Shown piece after piece: positions 57,205 through 64,000 of a stretch of DNA of 64,000 nucleotides. The stretch comes from Polyangiales bacterium (GTDB taxonomy: Bacteria; Myxococcota_A; Polyangia; Polyangiales; Houyiibacteriaceae), in NCBI GenBank assembly GCA_041576815.1, contig JBFGKE010000010.1:16599-80598 (forward strand). The letters are read 5' to 3'. The notes under the pieces are model-generated. The model searched no databases and had not been told where the DNA came from. It worked only from the letters and a program-made list of their open reading frames with translations. A program made the position numbers and the translations under genes. Within the stretch, counting starts at the first letter, position 1. Each line of letters starts with the position of its first letter.

Positions 57205-57507
57205 TCACGGCGGGATGGGCCGGAGGGTGATCTCTATCGTCGTGGTGCCGCGGGGGAGGTCGAGCTCCATGTCGTGGGGGAAGTGGTCCTCGGCTTGCAC
57301 GGTCATCAGGTGGATGCCGGGCGCGAGGGCCTTGGGTTCCTCGGCGAGCACGGTTGCGCGGCCGAAATAGTGGCCGTCGATGTAGACCGATGCGTTGGCC
57401 GGGATCGCGATGATTTGTAGGCGAGCCGGATCGGGCGCGGTGGTCGTGCTCTTCGCGCACGCGGACGCGAGCAGTACGACCACAAGCGCCGCCTTTCTCA
57501 CTCCCAT
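57205..57507 (-). CDS. PEGA-domain lipoprotein
   Basis: Lipobox LASAC; IPANASVYIDG...LAPGIH PEGA motif. Overlaps the guaA stop (start 57507 or GTG 57501). Confidence 0.8.
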   Translation of the reverse strand: MGVRKAALVVVLLASACAKSTTTAPDPARLQIIAIPANASVYIDGHYFGRATVLAEEPKALAPGIHLMTVQAEDHFPHDMELDLPRGTTTIEITLRPIPP

Positions 57508-59042
57508 TCGATCGTCGACGGCGGCTTGGAGGAGATGTCGTAGCAGACGCGGTTGCAGCCGCGGACCTCGTTGATGATGCGAGTCGAAATCTTCGCGAGC
57601 ACTTCGTGCGGGATGCGGGACCAATCCGCCGTCATGCCATCCTTCGAATCGACCGCACGAATCGCGATCACGTAGTCGTAGGTCCGCTCATCACCCATCA
57701 CCCCGACCGTCCGCACGGGGAGGATCACGCAAAACGCCTGCCAAATCTTGTCGTAGAGGTACGCGGCCCGGAGCTCCTCGATGAAGATCGCATCGGCTTC
57801 GCGGAGAATGTCGAGCTTCTCCCGTTCGATGGCCCCGGGACACCGAACCGCGAGGCCCGGACCGGGAAACGGGTGACGCCAAAGCAAATCGTGTGGCATG
57901 CCCATCGCCTCGCCGACCTCCCGCACCTCGTCCTTGAAAAGCAGACGGAGCGGCTCGACCAGCTCGAGGTGTAGCGTTTCGGGCAAACCACCGACGTTGT
58001 GGTGGCTCTTGATCACGGCGCTCGGTCCCGAAAACGACAGGCTCTCGATCACGTCCGGATAAAGCGTACCCTGCACGAGATAGCCGACGTCGTCCAGCTT
58101 CTCTGCCTCTCGCTGGAAGACGTCGATGAAGACGCGGCCGATGATCTTCCGCTTTTGCTCCGGGTCGGTGACCCCGTGGAGCGCGTCGAGGAACTCGTCC
58201 GCGGCGTCAACGTGGATCAACTTGAGCCCGAACTGGTCTCGGTAGGTGTGGACGACGCTTTCTGCCTCGTCTTTTCGGAGCAGCCCGTTATCGACGAAGA
58301 TGCACGTGAGACGGTCGCCGATCGCTTTCGACACCAGCATGGAGGCCACCGAGGAATCCACCCCGCCCGAAAGACCACAGACGGCCGCGCGCTCACCGAT
58401 CTGACGTCGAACCGACTCCACCGTCTGCTCGACGAATGAGCCTGGCGTCCAGCTCGGCTTGCAGCCCGCGACCTCGAAGAGGAAGGCGCGAAGCATTTCG
58501 ACGCCGCGTGGCGTGTGCGCCACCTCGGGATGGAACTGGACCCCGAAGATCTTGCGCGGGAGGTTCGCCACCGCCGCAAACGGGCTGTTTGAGGTTCGCG
58601 CGATGATCTCGAAGCCTGGGGGCAGGCTTTCGACGCGGTCACCGTGACTCATCCACACATCGAGGTGCGCCCCCGCTTGAAAGCCGTGAAGGAGACCCTC
58701 TGGCTTGAGCACCTCGAGGCGCGCCGGCCCGTACTCGCGCTCATCGGCCCGCTCGACCTTGCCGCCGAGCAAATGGCTGGTGAGCTGCATGCCGTAGCAG
58801 ATTCCCAAGACCGGAACTCCCAGGTCGAACACGCCTCGGTCGACGCTAGGCGCCCCCTCGGCAAACACGCTGGCAGGCCCGCCACTCAGAATGATCGCCC
58901 GAGGCGCAAGCTCCCGAATGTCCTCCAAGGACAAGGTGCAGGGCTGCAGCTCGCAGTAGACGTGCTGCTCTCGAATCCGCCGCGCAATGAGCTGCGTATA
59001 CTGCGACCCGAAGTCGAGAATCAAAACCCCGTCAACAATCAT
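57498..59042 (-). CDS. guaA: GMP synthase (glutamine-hydrolysing)
   Basis: ILDFGSQYTQLIARR, GICYGMQ, QFHPEV, SGGVDS, IKSHHNVGG, KPPSTIEWE. Confidence 0.98.
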   Translation of the reverse strand: MIVDGVLILDFGSQYTQLIARRIREQHVYCELQPCTLSLEDIRELAPRAIILSGGPASVFAEGAPSVDRGVFDLGVPVLGICYGMQLTSHLLGGKVERADEREYGPARLEVLKPEGLLHGFQAGAHLDVWMSHGDRVESLPPGFEIIARTSNSPFAAVANLPRKIFGVQFHPEVAHTPRGVEMLRAFLFEVAGCKPSWTPGSFVEQTVESVRRQIGERAAVCGLSGGVDSSVASMLVSKAIGDRLTCIFVDNGLLRKDEAESVVHTYRDQFGLKLIHVDAADEFLDALHGVTDPEQKRKIIGRVFIDVFQREAEKLDDVGYLVQGTLYPDVIESLSFSGPSAVIKSHHNVGGLPETLHLELVEPLRLLFKDEVREVGEAMGMPHDLLWRHPFPGPGLAVRCPGAIEREKLDILREADAIFIEELRAAYLYDKIWQAFCVILPVRTVGVMGDERTYDYVIAIRAVDSKDGMTADWSRIPHEVLAKISTRIINEVRGCNRVCYDISSKPPSTIEWE

Positions 59043-59093
59043 GGGCGGCGGTTTAACATGGCCCCAAACCAGGGTCGAGTCGCACCAAGAAGA

Positions 59094-59235
59094 TGCACCC
59101 CCGGAAAACAGCTCGGCACGGGCCTCCCGCAAGCCTCCCCTCGGCGCTCACGCCAAGTGGCGGTGGTCGGAGCCATGGCCACTTGGCACTCGCGACGCCG
59201 ACTCCGCCCCATATCGCGATTTTTTTCGCCCCTCC
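59094..59235. repeat. Composite copy of palindromic elements B (one arm) and A (core + right arm)
   Basis: 59094-59123 is 28/30 identical to the reverse complement of 34002-34031. 59143-59235 aligns with 33762-33854. Confidence 0.8.
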
Positions 59236-59273
59236 GCAAGTCAACTGCGGATCTCGCCGCGCGGTGCGTGCGT

Positions 59274-62178
<2,905 letters not shown>

Positions 62179-62197
62179 CCCGACTCCTTCGAGTTAT

Positions 62198-62221
62198 CGA
62201 AGTACTTCACGAAGCACTTCA
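62198..62221. promoter_or_regulatory. Tandem palindromic operator-like repeat upstream of parA
   Basis: CGAAGTACTTCA CGAAGCACTTCA: 12-bp period, each unit with a GAAG-NN-CTTC palindrome. Confidence 0.6.
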
Positions 62222-62268
62222 ACCAGAGCGGGCCCGCTGGGTCAAAAAACCGGTCGACGTTCGCGACA

Positions 62269-64000
62269 CTACACGTCGAGCTCGAGCGCCTCGGCCTGCG
62301 GCGCCCGTTCCATGATGAACTCGAACCGGGCCGATGGATCCTTCCCCATCAGCTCGCTGAAAACCCGGTCGGCCTCGAGCTCGCCGTCGACGGTCACGCG
62401 TAGCGCTCGGCGCCGCGTTTTGTCCAACGTCGTCTCGCGCAGCTCGTCCGCGGTCATCTCACCGAGACCCTTGAAGCGGCTGATCTCCACTTTTGCGTTC
62501 CCCGGGGCGTCGGCGATGATGCGGTCGCGCTCCTCGTCGTCCAGCGCCCAGTGCACCTGCTTGCCGATATCGAGGCGATAGAGCGGCGGTTGCGCGAGGA
62601 ACACGTGGCCTGCCCTCACGAGCCCGGGCAGCATGCGAAAGAAGAACGTGAGGAGCAGCGTCGCGATGTGGTGCCCGTCGCTGTCGGCATCCATCAGCAG
62701 GAAGACCCGCCCGTACCGAAGCTTCGAGATGTCGAAGTCCTTGCCGATGCCGCATCCGAGCGCGCTGACGATGTCCTGCAGCTCGCGATTGCCGAGAATC
62801 TGCGCCTGGGACGCGCGCTCCGCGTTGAGGACTTTCCCGCGAAGGGGAAGGATCGCCTGCGTCTTTCGATCCCGTCCCTGCTTTGCGTTCCCGCCGGCGC
62901 TGTCCCCCTCCACCAGGAAGAGCTCGCTCTCGTCCGGGTTGGTGCTGGAGCAGTCGGCGAGCTTACCGGGCAGATTCAACCGGTGGCTGACCGCCGTCTT
63001 GCGGGACACCTGCTGGCTCGCGGCTCGGCTTGCGGCCCGCGCGCGCGCCGAAATGATCACGCGCGCGACGATCGACTCGGCCGTCGTCTTGTTGTTCAGC
63101 AGCCACTGCTCGAAGGCGGTGCGGACCGACGTCTCGATCTGCGCCGTGATCTCCGGATTGTTGAGCCGGTCTTTGGTTTGACCCTGGAACTGCGGCTCCT
63201 CGACGTAGACGCTCACCAGCGCGACGAGCCCTTCCCGAATGTCGTCCGCGCTGACCTTCACGCCCTTGGGCGTGAGCTTGTGCGTGTCCATGTGGCCGCG
63301 AATCGCCTTGGCGAGCCCCTGCTTGAAACCGTTTTCGTGGGTACCCCCCGACGCCGTCGGTATCCCGTTCGCATAGGACCGGATCGTCTCGTCCGTGGCC
63401 TCGGTCCACCGTAGCGCGACTTCGAACCGCGGATCCTCGTCGTGCTCGATCGTAAACGCGTCCTTGTGCACGGAAGGCTTTCCGCCCTCGGCGACCAGCT
63501 TCTCGAGAAAGTCGACGATGCCGCCCGGATGCTCGAACTCCTGGCGGTCGCCGGTCTTCTCGTCGACGAAGAGGATCTTCAGGCCGCGATGAAGATAGGT
63601 CTTGGCTTCCAGACGGTCCGCGACCCGCTTCGAATCGAACGCGAGGCGCTTTCCAAACACCTCGACGTCGGGCCGAAAATGGATCGAGGTGCCGCGCTTG
63701 CTCGTCTTGCCGCCGCGCTTGAGCTTCACCGTCGCCTTGCCGCGCTTGTACTTCTGGGAATACGTCTTACCGCCCCGCCACACGGTGGCGGTCAGCTCGG
63801 ACGAGAGCGCATTGACGACCGACGACCCGACGCCGTGGAGCCCTCCCGCCACCTGGTAGCTTTTCCCCTCGAACTTCCCGCCGGCGTGCAGGGTCGTCAG
63901 GATGAGCTCGAGCGCCGACTTCTTGAACTTGGGATGCGTGTCGATGGGAATCCCGCGCCCGTTGTCGGTCACGGTGGCACCGCGATGGTCCTCGTCGAGC
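62269..64000 (-). CDS. parE: Type IIA topoisomerase B subunit (topoisomerase IV ParE-like), 5' end outside the window
   Basis: DNGRGIP, LHAGGKF, GLHGVG, EGDSAGG, PLRGK, DADSDG.HI, RFKGLGEM. Lacks the ~170-aa insertion found in many proteobacterial GyrBs; ParE versus GyrB is an inference. Confidence 0.7.
   Translation of the reverse strand, partial: LDEDHRGATVTDNGRGIPIDTHPKFKKSALELILTTLHAGGKFEGKSYQVAGGLHGVGSSVVNALSSELTATVWRGGKTYSQKYKRGKATVKLKRGGKTSKRGTSIHFRPDVEVFGKRLAFDSKRVADRLEAKTYLHRGLKILFVDEKTGDRQEFEHPGGIVDFLEKLVAEGGKPSVHKDAFTIEHDEDPRFEVALRWTEATDETIRSYANGIPTASGGTHENGFKQGLAKAIRGHMDTHKLTPKGVKVSADDIREGLVALVSVYVEEPQFQGQTKDRLNNPEITAQIETSVRTAFEQWLLNNKTTAESIVARVIISARARAASRAASQQVSRKTAVSHRLNLPGKLADCSSTNPDESELFLVEGDSAGGNAKQGRDRKTQAILPLRGKVLNAERASQAQILGNRELQDIVSALGCGIGKDFDISKLRYGRVFLLMDADSDGHHIATLLLTFFFRMLPGLVRAGHVFLAQPPLYRLDIGKQVHWALDDEERDRIIADAPGNAKVEISRFKGLGEMTADELRETTLDKTRRRALRVTVDGELEADRVFSELMGKDPSARFEFIMERAPQAEALELDV

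Noticed and set aside
59043-59273. Purine/guanine riboswitch between guaB and guaA
   Set aside because: No purine-aptamer consensus is visible, and the same sequence recurs between unrelated convergent genes at 33.7 kb, which fits a dispersed repeat better.
62269-64000. Calling the type IIA B subunit gyrB
   Set aside because: It lacks the insertion found in many proteobacterial GyrBs and is unlinked to gyrA. ParE-like is preferred, but a phylogeny is needed to settle it.

Overview
A GC-rich (roughly 65-67% by eye), gene-dense chromosomal segment from a myxobacterium (Myxococcota, probably Polyangiales/Sandaracinaceae-like). The taxonomy is inferred from Hanks-type kinases, FHA, PEGA and AgmX-type domains, the pilT-pilC-pilS order and an atypical Hsp70. 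About 55 CDS are present. Housekeeping genes include purMN, trpGDC, hisBHAF, guaBA, pyrF, gyrA, a partial parE-like gene, lon, a DEAD-box helicase, rlmB, uppP and manC/manB. The rest include type IV pilus genes (three PilT-family ATPases, pilC, orphan pilS), signalling proteins and hypothetical lipoproteins. I see no rRNA, tRNA, CRISPR array, transposase or phage gene. Best leads: (1) a Soj/ParA ATPase with two N-terminal TRASH/FCS-type Cys4 motifs, a downstream small ribbon-helix-helix (RHH) partner and an upstream tandem palindromic operator; (2) long nested palindromic intergenic elements in two modular copies with a compensatory base change; (3) a phosphofructokinase homolog lacking its catalytic residues; (4) interlocked perfect FNR and CRP boxes over the promoter of two PilT paralogs that each lack a different His-box histidine; (5) an Hsp70 split by a ~215-aa insert with Thr-containing repeats, paired with its own J-protein; (6) a pseudokinase-GYF-TM-AgmX/TonB-C fusion; (7) recurrent TANNNT-N7-start signatures suggesting leaderless mRNAs. 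All calls come from motif reading by eye; no database searches were run.
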